DNA of 64,000 bases from Sedimentisphaerales bacterium (GCA_963663805.2 CAXXMR010000008.1:64001-128000), one strand, 5' to 3'. Positions 33,501 through 43,971 are shown, counted from the stretch's first letter. Translations and numbers: made by a program. Notes: a model not told the origin generated them from the letters alone.

Positions 33501-33508
33501 TTTTTCAT
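30485..33508 (-). CDS. Large secreted protein with YfaP/DUF2135-like domain and HExxH metallopeptidase domain
   Basis: Signal peptide MKKFPF; VTLSW...DIDLH..P, ENMYW, G.YQV.V.YY; AHEYGH...AWSEG. Confidence 0.75.
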   Translation of the reverse strand: MKKFPFLLLIVVSLLIGQVVPVLGADDEYAVWEDGTYSFDCQLANYCLNGEFPLSATVTDDDITMTYPGTLTLSSDGKGNLTGNFSGSGYYLEASGKVKFSSKKTTIALKLTDPTNSKNKASLKGVLSTTSAVFEGSYKGSGDLGGKGTFILNVADASALVVSFDLELNADEKGKLTGSGTATVCGDTVELTTVKGTYKKEVLKLAMKGEGLSWSGKGPLNEVVFKAKGYGASASDTIEVAAEVEVSLETKNEDVLDLPEISIDPASPVGGTSATVTITAEGAQSITLTATGDGKGNFSTHQATGQTLTVTQTVGDFGECTLTATATFSTGTSVYETSFTVEPSEMELPGVGVADGVFRAGDLPSATGGDSDPDISGITTGAIINGGTTTMRIRTATAAHAADISAVLVKITGAGGYTGYYEAPATVVNGEILVDVNVDNDFAPSSPGFAQTRFARFTGPSASGDVGGTVEVELVLVDNIGNVGEKFTQTLDLSETEQTKTQVTLSWDSVNDIDLHLYGPLESNTTESEHLYYSTDQIHNGTITLDHDSICDGVRVENMYWADGAPMGVYQVDVDYYGDCDEETNGGNSSVNYTITVRSCSETQTFTGSFSAEEEGSGYHNITTFNTACGARVRGKAVYADYPQTNEGLSTIVNMLPIRFATVEVVRSDDDEVLAQGSTKQDGTFDISFENDGEPGYYVAVTAYQRNNIVQQSVVNSAYQLYSVRMTDVIDEQANPDVEDIVIEADIFKGGPAFNIFDVGVSCALVARKVTGQTPPPLTWVWTNGQQGECGSKVSCYKSSMDVISVLSLASDSDEYDDMVLAHEYGHFFQHYYSRDDSPGGSHSSSSRVHPLLAWSEGSATFYGCWAKKASLYLDSINGGSALGVRLDLEKLSGSVPAGTTGAIYGDLSEAIVGAILWDLADATNAENHDDVTQSEMVFSAMSYMKTGPMIGSGITSGGDLIDFLDAWCCLSGYENRTAYNNSGLKKIVDYHGLSSYYFEGTECPQD

Positions 33509-33978
33509 GGCAGGGCTCCGGACCGTAAGGCAACAAAAAAACAACTAATGGTATCCACCCGATTCCCGCCGCCCGGCGACCTGAAACCAAACCATATACA
33601 CATGCTATGATTTTACCTGATTACCCTCCTTATGTCAATATACCTTTGGCAGCTCCCTTTTTGGGTTATTTGGCCAGTAATATCGGTACCGCTCAATTTT
33701 CCGGTTTCGGTTTTAGTCCCAGTTGTTTTTGCGAAAGCAGTCCAATAACCCATATGATTTGTGGGTGAACCAGATTGGCTGCACAAAATTATATAGTTGG
33801 GGCATCTTCTAACCTTTGTTTTGGCAAGCGATTATATTCACGGGAAACTACAGGAATATAGTAAAAATTTTACCAGGTTCAAAAAAATCTTTTTCATTGT
33901 AAATAATGCCGACCAATAGAACGGGTTAGTTTAGTGCTAGCGTGTAGCAATTGTACAATAGAAGAAAGAAGGTCTCTT

Positions 33979-36142
33979 ATGAAGATTAAAGGTAAATTGA
34001 TTCTCCTGGTTGTGGTATGTGTGGTCGGCTTGGGTCTGATAAGCACGTTTCTATCATCCTATTACATTACCAAACTGGGCAACCAGCAGGCGGCCCATAC
34101 CGAAAAAACGCTCATGGAAGACCGTCAGTTGATGCTCTCCAGTATGGTTGGTAATGTTTATAAGGTTGTGGAAACCAGCTATCTTAACAGCCGCAACCCG
34201 GAAAAGATTGCTGAAAAATACCGCCAGCGTCTTAATAACGTAGTTGATATAGCTTGTTGTGCTATTGAGGAAATCTATTCCCGTCAGGACGGTCTGAGCG
34301 AAACTGATAAGCAAAAGCAAGCGATGGATATTATTCGTAAGATGCGTTATGACGGCCAGGAATATTTGTGGATTAATGATATGCAGCCGCGGATGGTTAT
34401 GCACGCTATCAAGCCGGAAATGGATGGTTCAGACCTGAGTGAGCTTGCCGACCCGGACGGTAAACGTCTTTTTGTGGAAATGCGAGATGTTTGTAAAAAG
34501 GATGGAGCTGGGTTTTGTCCAATATATGTGGCCTAAGCCTGGTTCAGAAGTTCCGGTTCCCAAGATTAGTTATGTCAGATTGTTTGAGCCCTGGGGTTGG
34601 ATTATCGGTACCGGTGTGTATATGGAATCGGCTGAGGAAGTTTTTCAGCAGGAAGCACTGGAAGCCATTAACTCTATGCGTTTTGGCCCGGACCAGAGTG
34701 ATTACTTCTATACTTTTGATACGGTATCCGAAAAAATGATTCAGCATCCCAAGGATGCTTTAGTTGGAACCGCTATAGACGATAAAGTTTATACCGACCC
34801 GGATGGCAAACAATTGTTGCTGGACCAGCTGGCGGTAGCCAAAAAAGATAGCCAGGGTTTTACCTATTATAAATGGGCAAAGCTGGGTTCAGAAAAACCT
34901 GTTCGCAAAATGACTTACGTCAAATATTTCAAGGAATGGAACTGGGTTCTTTGTACAGGTCAGTATCTTGACGATATTGAAGCAATCGTGGCGGAAAAGA
35001 AAGCCAAAATTGCTGCCGGTGTCAGAAAACAGTTGGTCAGCGTAATTGCTATTACTGCCATTGTGTGTCTGGTTGCTTTGGGAGTTGCCTGGTATGTGGC
35101 TCAGGGTTTAGCCAAGCCTATTATCAAGGCTAATGAACTGCTGCGTGACATTGCCGAGGGTGAAGGTGACTTGACCCGCCGGCTGGAAATCAGTACCAAA
35201 GATGAGGTTGGCGAACTGTCTAAATGGTTCAATGTCTTTGTTGAAAAACTTCAGAAAATTATTGCCCAGATTGTGGATAATACCAATACCCTGGCAGGTT
35301 CGGCGACCGAGCTTTCGGCGACCTCAACCGAAATGGCCGGCCAGGCAGATGCGATGAGCAGTCAATCAGCCACGGTTGCCGCTGCCGCTGAAGAGATGTC
35401 GGCGAATATGGGCACTATGGCAAGCTCCGGTGAAACTATGTCCGCCAGTGTCAAGAGTGCCGCTGCCGCTATCGAGGAAATGACTTCCACCATAAATGAA
35501 ATCGCCCGTAATGCCGAATCTGCCGCCGGCGTTGCTGAGCAGGCCGCTAAAATGGTTGGCGTCAGCAACGAAAAGATTGGTCATCTGGGTACTGCCGCTG
35601 ACGAAATTGGCAAGGTAATTGAGGTGATTCAGGACATCGCTGAGCAGACCAATCTGCTGGCTTTGAACGCTACTATCGAGGCTGCTCGTGCCGGCGATGC
35701 CGGTAAGGGTTTTGCGGTTGTTGCCAGCGAAGTTAAGGAACTTGCTCGTCAGACCGCCGAAGCAACCGAGGATATATCCAAACGTATATCCGCTATCCAG
35801 AGTTCGACTGGTGAATCAGTTGAGTCGATTGGTCAAATCAGCGGCGTGATTGAGAAGGTCAACGATGTTTCGCGTACCATCGCTTCAGCTGTTGAGGAGC
35901 AGAGCATCACCGCCAAAGAAATTGCCAACAGTATCAGTCATGTCTCAACCGCGGCTGACACAGTTTCCAGAGGCGTAACCGAAACCGCCACGGCAAGTAA
36001 GGAAATCACAGAAAATATCGCTCGCGTTGACTCCGCCGCCCAGCAGACCTCCCACGGTGCCGGCCAAACCCAGACCGTAGGCAATGAACTTTCCCGGTTG
36101 GCCGAAAATCTGCGTTCTCTGGTCGGGCAGTTCAAAGTCTAA
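33979..36142 (+). CDS. Methyl-accepting chemotaxis protein with Cache domains and HAMP; +1 frameshift near 34512
   Basis: D.DGK repeats, [31 protein letters not shown]. Confidence 0.92.
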
Positions 36143-36175
36143 CCCGAACCAAAACCCAGCAGTTAAGTTGACATT

Positions 36176-36210
36176 AAAACGCCGAAGAGCAAATCTTCGG
36201 CGTTTTTTTT
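36176..36210 (+). terminator. Intrinsic terminator
   Basis: AAAACGCCGAAGA-GCAAA-TCTTCGGCGTTTT followed by further Ts. Confidence 0.85.
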
Positions 36211-36969
36211 ACGCCGAAAGCTTGTCTTCCCTGCCCAGCCCCTACGCTAACCACTGCTCCTGAACGGAGTTATCAAGCAGGTGTATTGTTTGTCCGCTGG
36301 ATACTTTTCTTTGGAAAATATGCTAGCATTTTAAGGGACAATCGATATAATACTAAGATGTTCATGGGTATCTTTTTTTGAAGTGTAGAAATGTACTAAC
36401 ACAGGAGGTTCAGGTATGTGCAATTCTCGTAAATTATTATCGGTGTTTATTCCCTTGATACTATTAGCCCTGGTTGTAACTAACGCTTCAGCTGTGGACC
36501 GAGTCTGGTTTGTCAGAACGGTCGAGTCTGAACCCTACCACCCGGTTTGCGATGGCAGGAATGCGTTGTTAATGCGTTCAAATGGTACTTGGCCAGTGGT
36601 TGCCTATGGAGGTCCTCAACCCGGCATATCAATGATGGGAGCAACTGGTTGGCAGTCTGCCCCTTTATACAACGATGATAGTCCAAGTGTTGACGCGGCG
36701 ACAAGTGATAGCGGTAGAGTAGGATTTGCCTGGAGTGACGGAACCGTTAAGATTCTCGACCGCAACGGCTGGTCAACGACTAATTTCGGCAGCCAAAACC
36801 AGAGTCAGATTTCGCAGCGTGCGTCTTTGGCATTTAATTCTCAAGACATGCCGACTGTTGCTCACAATGGAGGGCATGTCAATCCCAGTGTTGGCGCTTA
36901 TTATGAAAATTGTTTAACGTTAGCTTCTTATAGCGGCTATGGCTGGTATCAGGACGTTGTTAAAAATAA

Positions 36970-38441
36970 GGTTCTTCTGAATAATTTGTGGGTATTTTAT
37001 CCTTGGGGCTCTGCCCCAAACCCCGCCATTTAGCCTCCAGCCTTTGGGCGAGAGAGGGCGGATTGGCGGATTGAGCGGTTTTTCCGGTGGAGTTTGTGGA
37101 AATATAAATAATGCATCCTGCGAAACTTTCTGACAAAATGGTATTGTTGCAAAAGATATCACTTGGCAGAAAGGACACAGGATGCAGGTTAAAACTATAC
37201 TCAATCGAATTGAAAAGTACCAGGGTTTTGTTTATGAAAGCGACAAAATGATCGAAAACGGCAAGCAAAAAGAGCTGCATATATTCCTTCGGTCGCGTAA
37301 GAACAGTCGTCCGGTCTGTTCCGATTGCGGCCGGAAATGTTCCGGCTATGACACCTTGCCGTCCCGTCGCTTTGAGTTTGTGCCTTTCTGGGGCATACTG
37401 GTTTATTTCGTTTATGCCATGCGGCGAGTAAACCGCCCCCGCTGCGGCATCAAGGTGGAACGGGTTCCCTGGGCTCAGGGCAAATCTCCGGTTACCCGAA
37501 CCTACAGTTGGTTTCTGGCGCGCTGGGCTCAACGGATGAATTGGAGTGAAGTAGCCGCAGCTTTCCGAACCAGTTGGCATACGGTTTTCAGTTCCGTAGA
37601 GATGGCGGTGACCTGGGGCCGGGAGCATATGGATATGGCCGGCATTACCGCTATTGGTGTGGATGAAATGCAGTGGGGCCGGGGCCATCGTTATATTACC
37701 GTGGTTTATCAGATCAACAAAGAATGCAAACGCCTGTTGTGGGTAGGCGAAAAACGTACCGCCAAGACTCTGCTGCGGTTCTTTCGCTGGCTGGGCAAAG
37801 AACGTGCCGGGCAACTGGAATTTGTGTGCAGCGATATGTGGAAAGCCTATCTGAAAGTGATTGCCAAAAAAGCGTCTCAGGCGATCCATGTTCTGGACCG
37901 TTTTCATATTATGGTGCATATGAACAAGTCGCTTGATGAAATTCGGGCCGGCGAATCGAAGGAACTGCTGCGTGAGGGTTATGAGCCGGTACTGAAAAAG
38001 AGCCGCTGGCTGCTGCTGAAGCGCCCGGAAAATCTCCAGGATTCGCAACAGGCTTCTTTGAGAGAACTGTTGCAGTACAATCTCAAAACGGTGAAAGGTT
38101 ATCTGCTGAAGGAACAATTTCAGCTTTTCTGGGATTATATCAGCCCCTATTGGGCCGGTGTTTTTCTGGATAAATGGTGTGTCAAGGTAATGCGCTCTCG
38201 TCTGGAGCCGATGAAGAAGGTAGCTCGCATGTTGCGCAATCATCGCGAGCTGATCCTGAACTGGTTTAAGGCCCAGAAGAAGTTTTCCTCCGGGATCGTG
38301 GAGGGCCTGAACGCCAAAGCCAAACTGACCACCAGAAAAGCTTACGGCTTTCGAGAATTCAAAACGTTGGAAGTTGCTTTGTATCATAACCTTGCAAAAT
38401 TACCTGAACCTGTATTTACCCACGAATATTTTTAAAGAGGC
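36970..38441 (+). mobile_element. ISL3-family insertion sequence, 1472 bp
   Basis: Imperfect IRs GGTTCTTCTGAATAATTTGTGGGTA / GCCTCTTTAAAAATATTCGTGGGTA (reverse complement); 8-bp TSD AAAAATAA at 36962-36969 and 38442-38449. Confidence 0.93.
37182..38435 (+). CDS. ISL3 transposase
   Basis: IGVDE, SDMW, LDRFH, VEGLN.K.K, R.AYGFR. Confidence 0.95.
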   Translation: MQVKTILNRIEKYQGFVYESDKMIENGKQKELHIFLRSRKNSRPVCSDCGRKCSGYDTLPSRRFEFVPFWGILVYFVYAMRRVNRPRCGIKVERVPWAQGKSPVTRTYSWFLARWAQRMNWSEVAAAFRTSWHTVFSSVEMAVTWGREHMDMAGITAIGVDEMQWGRGHRYITVVYQINKECKRLLWVGEKRTAKTLLRFFRWLGKERAGQLEFVCSDMWKAYLKVIAKKASQAIHVLDRFHIMVHMNKSLDEIRAGESKELLREGYEPVLKKSRWLLLKRPENLQDSQQASLRELLQYNLKTVKGYLLKEQFQLFWDYISPYWAGVFLDKWCVKVMRSRLEPMKKVARMLRNHRELILNWFKAQKKFSSGIVEGLNAKAKLTTRKAYGFREFKTLEVALYHNLAKLPEPVFTHEYF

Positions 38442-39116
38442 AAAAATAATAATTATCAGCAGGGATTTAATGACGCAGATTGTTTTGCTTTGGACTACGA
38501 TTCTTACGGCCAAGCTAACCTGGCATTTTGTGACGACGGCTTGTGGTTTTCTCAGAAAGGTGTTGCTACGGGCCATCAGTGGGTTATTCGGGATTTGGCG
38601 CAGTATGGTTTATATGGCCAGGCGGATGATATGGATTTGGTAGTGGATGGCAGCGATATGGTTTGGATTGGCTACATCGAACAAAACACCCTGAAGCTGG
38701 CAAATTATGACCCGGTTACTCTTGGTTGGAACAGCGGTGTCATTGATTATGTTCCCCCAATGGGATCGGCACATTTTACGATGGAAACTGATGGCCTTGG
38801 TGGTATTGGTGTCGCCTATATTGATGCTGGCGGTTTTCTGAAATATTCGTATAATGATGGAGGGGGGTTTTGGTCAAGTGAGACAGTCATGAATTTTGAA
38901 ACCAGCGAATATATTATGGTAGGGGCAGGCGACAGTGATATTGGCTTAGTCTATGACACGCAAAATAATCCTGTTATCAGCTATCGCGATATGCAAACCG
39001 GAGAACTTTCTTTGGCCTACGACCCGGTCGCGATCCCTGAACCTGCCACGTTAGCTTTACTTGTTTTGGGAGCAACCATCATCCACCGTCGTCGGTGTAG
39101 CTAGGAGGTCGGGAAG

Positions 39117-40184
39117 ATGGCCAAAGATAAAATTATAGTCTGTATCATCGCAACGGTTCTGGCAGCCTTCATTACCGATTCGCAAGCGGCCATGCGTTAC
39201 TGGTCAGAAGCGACACTGGACGCGGGGCAAGGGGTAATGACTTTGCCCAAAGGACACTATTGGCCGGTGGTTACAACCGGATATGGTTGGACTGTGTATG
39301 ATCCACGTGGTAGTGCGGCCACTTATTTTCTCGGACCATCGGGTTTTACGCGTAGTGGTGGTGGGGGCAGCAATATTTTTTCTGGTCCGAATGGCGAAAT
39401 AGGTATTGTTAGTTCCAATCAGATTCAGGTTCTGCATAACGACCAATGGGCTTTTTTGTCAGGCAGTGTTCCGGGGCAGTTTGAGGCCGGTGCTTTTGAC
39501 AGTCAAGGTGGAATACATGCAGTGTCCTATGACGTCCAGCAATCGATAGCATATTACAGTCGATTTACTAGCCGAGGATGGGTCAGCCTGGAGTTATGCC
39601 ACAGTCGCCGACAAAACAGCGGAGGGCTTGATATTGCAGTAGATGATTCGGGTGTAGTATCGATTCTCGTCAATAATATTTTTATATCTCAGAATGTGCC
39701 GGGTGGTGCCTTTAGTCAGGTACAATTACCCGGTGAAATCATGACGATAGATTTAGATGTATCAAATAATGGAATACCTGGAGTCATTGGCAGAAGTGAT
39801 AATGCCCTCAAGTACCTCACCTTTGACATTCAACAACAGCAGTGGACATCAGATATTCTGTCATCAAACTTTTTTGGTCCTGCCGCAGTGTGTTTTGATA
39901 ATTTTGGCAATCCCGCGGTGACTTATCTTGCAAATTCTATAATGCATTTTGCTATTAATGATGGAGGCGGGACCGGTTGGCTGGATTCGATTATAGATGC
40001 CGACCAAATTTCTTGTGTTACGGATACCAGCCTAGCCTTTGATCCCGACAACAATCCTGTGGTTTGTTTTGGGACAGTTGGGGACACGAGAATTTACTAT
40101 GACCCCATAGTCGTTCCCGAACCTCTGGCCGCTCTGTTGCTGCTGGCTGGTGCCTGGGGTATCAGACGAGCCAGAAGGTCGTAA
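39117..40184 (+). CDS. PEP-CTERM secreted protein, beta-propeller-like
   Basis: Signal peptide; ends VPEPLAALLLL..RRARR. Confidence 0.85.
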   Translation: MAKDKIIVCIIATVLAAFITDSQAAMRYWSEATLDAGQGVMTLPKGHYWPVVTTGYGWTVYDPRGSAATYFLGPSGFTRSGGGGSNIFSGPNGEIGIVSSNQIQVLHNDQWAFLSGSVPGQFEAGAFDSQGGIHAVSYDVQQSIAYYSRFTSRGWVSLELCHSRRQNSGGLDIAVDDSGVVSILVNNIFISQNVPGGAFSQVQLPGEIMTIDLDVSNNGIPGVIGRSDNALKYLTFDIQQQQWTSDILSSNFFGPAAVCFDNFGNPAVTYLANSIMHFAINDGGGTGWLDSIIDADQISCVTDTSLAFDPDNNPVVCFGTVGDTRIYYDPIVVPEPLAALLLLAGAWGIRRARRS

Positions 40185-40204
40185 TTTGGAACATTAAGGA
40201 TGAG

Positions 40205-41476
40205 ATGAAAATGTCTGTTTTATATCGTTTGGTGCTGGCGGTGCTTTTGTTGACGACAGTCTGTGCTGCTCAGAATAGTTTTGATATTACCATAGTTGAC
40301 AGCGGGCTGGGTGTCGGTGGTTACACCGATTTGGCCCTGCTTAGCGATGGTTCCGCGGTGATCGCCTATCAGGATGATTATAATAACCAGTTGAGACTCG
40401 CCATTGTAGATGGTGAAAATTACACCATTGAAACAGTTCTTGAAAATGCCGGTCAATATGCTTCGCTCGCTATCAGCAGCTACGATGAAATTGCAATCCT
40501 ACATCAACATAATCAACGCTCTTTGAATGTCGCGGTCAAATCAGTCTGGGCCAGCTGGAGTACGACTGTGGTTGATGACGATGTGTTTTTCCATCCGCAG
40601 CCTGGAGCGGTGGATTTTACTTTTTCCCCACTCGACCAGCCCCATGCGGTTTATCTTGACTCATACGAACGACTTAACTATGCCAGCTATGACCAGCAGC
40701 AAAACACCTGGATAAATACCATCATTTTTAGTGGTCTTGCGACTATGCCTGGAATCATAGTTGATAATAACAATCAGCCGATAGTTGTCTCCACTGTATA
40801 TGAAAATCAGCAATTTTGCATTCTGGTCCAGAAGCATACTGACGTGGGCTGGCAGTCTCTGCCGACCATTCCGGGCGAAGCGGCATCTGTTGGCATAGAC
40901 GCTCAAGGTAATGTTGCTGTTGCCTATATGTATCAGGGACAGTTATTGTATCGCACATTTCTGCCCGCTCTTGGCTGGTTTAACCCAGCGGTTATTGATG
41001 ACGGCACACAAGGGCAAATAAGAGGCAACATTCACGCCCCAGTATTAAAGTTCGACTCCGCCGGCCATGCTCATATCGTTTATTGCTGTGGCGATACTCT
41101 GACTTACACAACTGATCGCGGCAGTTGGACCCCGATAACTGTCGAACAAACCCCCGGCTCCGCGCCCGCATATTTGTCTCTTGTCATTGACGCACAGAAT
41201 CAACCGCTTATCGCCTATCAGAGCTTGTGCGGTTATACGGGTGTGGAAGCCCTAAAACTTGCTGCTTTTGACTTGCCCTGTCCTGACCGCTGGGACTTGG
41301 ATTGCGACGGCATTGTCAATTTGATCGACTTCGCCGAGCTAATCAAATATTGGGGACCGGTTGCTCCTGATTTTGAATATGATGACGATACCGACGGATT
41401 TATTGATGAACATGAACTGGTCGGTCTGTTTGAAGACTGGCTTTGGCATCGCCAATATATTAGCTTGATGCCTTAA
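40205..41476 (+). CDS. Secreted beta-propeller-like protein with dockerin-like C-terminus
   Basis: Repeated SL.ID....P.IAY blades; DLDCDGIVNLIDF. Confidence 0.8.
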   Translation: MKMSVLYRLVLAVLLLTTVCAAQNSFDITIVDSGLGVGGYTDLALLSDGSAVIAYQDDYNNQLRLAIVDGENYTIETVLENAGQYASLAISSYDEIAILHQHNQRSLNVAVKSVWASWSTTVVDDDVFFHPQPGAVDFTFSPLDQPHAVYLDSYERLNYASYDQQQNTWINTIIFSGLATMPGIIVDNNNQPIVVSTVYENQQFCILVQKHTDVGWQSLPTIPGEAASVGIDAQGNVAVAYMYQGQLLYRTFLPALGWFNPAVIDDGTQGQIRGNIHAPVLKFDSAGHAHIVYCCGDTLTYTTDRGSWTPITVEQTPGSAPAYLSLVIDAQNQPLIAYQSLCGYTGVEALKLAAFDLPCPDRWDLDCDGIVNLIDFAELIKYWGPVAPDFEYDDDTDGFIDEHELVGLFEDWLWHRQYISLMP

Positions 41477-41584
41477 TCCATATGGAACACTTCATCCAGT
41501 TCTGCACACACCGGCGAGTTGTCCGGATTGACCTTCATCTTGAACGCATAACGTTTCATAATATTACCCTTATGCCTTATTCAA

Positions 41585-43798
41585 TTAAATCAACTGTCCC
41601 TGGAAAGGTCCGCTGTTACGCACCATCACGGTGGTGGGCAGGCCTTCGACCATCTTGCTCAGATTTTCCGCGTATTCAGCTTCCCTGCCCCTTTCAGGCG
41701 CCATCAACCCGATGAAAACCAAATCCGCGTCGCTGCTCGTTTGGTGCATAATCTCCACCACGGATTTATCTTCCGGTTTAACAATGACATCCCGGTTGGT
41801 CTTTATGCGTACCGATTGGGTAAGCTGAGTGAGACTGTTGAGCATGTCGCGCTGGCTGTTTTCGCTCAGCACGATAGATCGCAGGTTAATCTCGGCATCC
41901 CGCCATACCGGATTCAGTCGCAGCAGATGGGCCAGCAGCAGCATTAAATCACCGTTGTTCTGTTTGCCACGCCACCAGACGTCGATTCGCTTAAACCGCG
42001 AAGGCCCCGTCGCCGGTGCCGGTCGAATCATCAGCACTGCTTTTTCCATGACATGCAGGGTACGCACTACCGCCAACTGCGATTCCAAGGCCTCACGTCG
42101 CTGGGGCCAACCGAACACAATCGTATTTGAACGCAACTGTCCCAGCCCGTTGGCCTGTACAATATCAATCAAACCCGCCCCGTAATCCTCCACTACATCA
42201 ACCTCACCAAATGCCAATAGTCTTTCTCGCTCAAAAAACTCTGTCATCGCCAGTTTTCGTTCTGCCACATGCTCCAGACTCTCTTCCATTCTGCCGCAAA
42301 GCATATCACAGACCGTTAGCAGGCCCCGGTTCTGATTAAACTGGGCCGATAATCTTAATAAAGCCGCTCGTTCCTCAACCCGGTCTGCGAATAATAAAAT
42401 GTGAGGCCGCCAACTGCGTGCGTCTTTTTTCTGACTGGATAATTTCTCAATCGAAAACCGTGCCAGCGAACCCCAGATACCCGCCCAGACATCGCCCCAG
42501 CTTGCCTGCAAAGTCCGACTCCGCAGATAAAACCATATTCCCAGCTCCAGCAGCAAGGCCACCGCACAAGCCAGCGGACTTATCAAAAATATCACTACCA
42601 GACTTACGCAAGCTCCCAGCAGCGAAAAAAACCAGTGTACCCGCAACGTAGGACGATAAGAAGGGTCACCCACCAGCGACTCTGCCGCCGCAACTAAATT
42701 AATACTGACATAAAGCGTTAGAAAAAATATCGTAACCAGTTTCGCCACCGCATTAAGTTCGCCCAGCATAACCGCCGAAAGCGCAATTGCCCCTGCTGCC
42801 CACGTTGCTATTACCGGCTGGCCGGATTTCGATGTATAGGCCAGCACTCGCGGCATCAAGCCGTCACGGGCCAGCGCCTGCAAAACCCGCGGCCCCGCCA
42901 ACGCACTGCCAAACGCCGATGATAATATTGCCGCCCACATCCCCGGCGCAATCAGCACCATGCCAAACAAAGCGATTTTGGGCCAGACCGGATTTTCTAT
43001 ATTAGACAATTCTTCTGTCGTAACCTTGCCCGTTATCCCCAGCAAAACCATAACCAGCAAATAGGTCAATAATCCCGCAGTCAAGGCCAACAGTGTCCCG
43101 CGCGGAATAGATTTCTGCGGGTCTTTCAAATCACCGCTCAAACCAATTCCCGCTGTAAAACCAGTGACCGCCGGAAAGAAAACCGAAAGCACTACCCAGA
43201 AACCGCCTTGTCCAGAAAGCCGCTCGGTGGGAATTGTTAGATTGGGTGTTGTCAGCGGTCCCGAAAAAACTCCCCAGGCCAACGCTATCAATGACAAAGC
43301 CACCGCCGCCATTAAAGGAATCTGTAGTTTCAATGCGATGTTAGCGCTTTTGCCCGCGATGCCGGTCGTCACCACCACCAGGATCGCTGCTACCCATTGC
43401 AAGGGAAGCTCACCCCATTCCATCGGCCAGATCGATGCCAGCGCCTCAGCCAAGCCATAACAATATAATGTTACGCTAAGGGTCCGACATAAAAAAAGAG
43501 GTATACCGATTGCCCCGCCGATTGTTAATCCTAAGCTGCGGGAGATAAGATAATATTCACCACCTGCCCCCATGGCCATATTGGTCGCCACTGCCGAAGC
43601 ACTCAGCGCCGTGAAAAATGCCGTCGCGCCGCAGATACAAACGATAAGCAACGCCCCCAATAAACCTGCGTTAGCTACCACCCAGCCAAAACGCAGGTAC
43701 ATGATTACGCCTAAGATGGTCAATACGCTTGGGGTGAAAACCCCCATAAACGTGCCAAATTTCGGATGTGTCTGACTCTGTACTGAGGATGCTGTCAT
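41585..43798 (-). CDS. Cation-chloride cotransporter (SLC12/CCC)-family permease
   Basis: FGTFMGVF, GG.YYLISRSLG, FFPAVTG, SGDLKDP..SIP.GT, WRP, IDVWW. Confidence 0.88.
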   Translation of the reverse strand: MTASSVQSQTHPKFGTFMGVFTPSVLTILGVIMYLRFGWVVANAGLLGALLIVCICGATAFFTALSASAVATNMAMGAGGEYYLISRSLGLTIGGAIGIPLFLCRTLSVTLYCYGLAEALASIWPMEWGELPLQWVAAILVVVTTGIAGKSANIALKLQIPLMAAVALSLIALAWGVFSGPLTTPNLTIPTERLSGQGGFWVVLSVFFPAVTGFTAGIGLSGDLKDPQKSIPRGTLLALTAGLLTYLLVMVLLGITGKVTTEELSNIENPVWPKIALFGMVLIAPGMWAAILSSAFGSALAGPRVLQALARDGLMPRVLAYTSKSGQPVIATWAAGAIALSAVMLGELNAVAKLVTIFFLTLYVSINLVAAAESLVGDPSYRPTLRVHWFFSLLGACVSLVVIFLISPLACAVALLLELGIWFYLRSRTLQASWGDVWAGIWGSLARFSIEKLSSQKKDARSWRPHILLFADRVEERAALLRLSAQFNQNRGLLTVCDMLCGRMEESLEHVAERKLAMTEFFERERLLAFGEVDVVEDYGAGLIDIVQANGLGQLRSNTIVFGWPQRREALESQLAVVRTLHVMEKAVLMIRPAPATGPSRFKRIDVWWRGKQNNGDLMLLLAHLLRLNPVWRDAEINLRSIVLSENSQRDMLNSLTQLTQSVRIKTNRDVIVKPEDKSVVEIMHQTSSDADLVFIGLMAPERGREAEYAENLSKMVEGLPTTVMVRNSGPFQGQLI

Positions 43799-43971
43799 AA
43801 ATTGTGCCGTCGCGGAGAAGAATGTCCGCAAATTGGTGTTTAGTATAAGTTTATTTTTTGTAACGGTTTAGGTTTTGTACTCAGCCCACTTGCCGCCCAG
43901 ATTCTACTGTTGACTCCTGGGCTTGCAATAACAATATATTAAACTTATCTAACCACCCCGCCGGGCAACTG

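Larger units (their letters stand above)
36416..39104 (+). pseudogene. PEP-CTERM protein gene interrupted by ISL3
   Basis: Removing 36970-38449 fuses both halves in frame (..DVVKNNNYQQGF..) to give 402 aa ending IPEPATLALL..HRRR. Confidence 0.88.

Noticed and set aside
21640..34520. Programmed ribosomal frameshifting or phase variation in mnmA and the MCP gene
   Set aside because: Homopolymers are only 3-4 nt with no slippery heptamer plus structure; sequencing error is simpler
36960..38387. 475-aa antisense ORF inside ISL3
   Set aside because: Shadow of the transposase; no motifs
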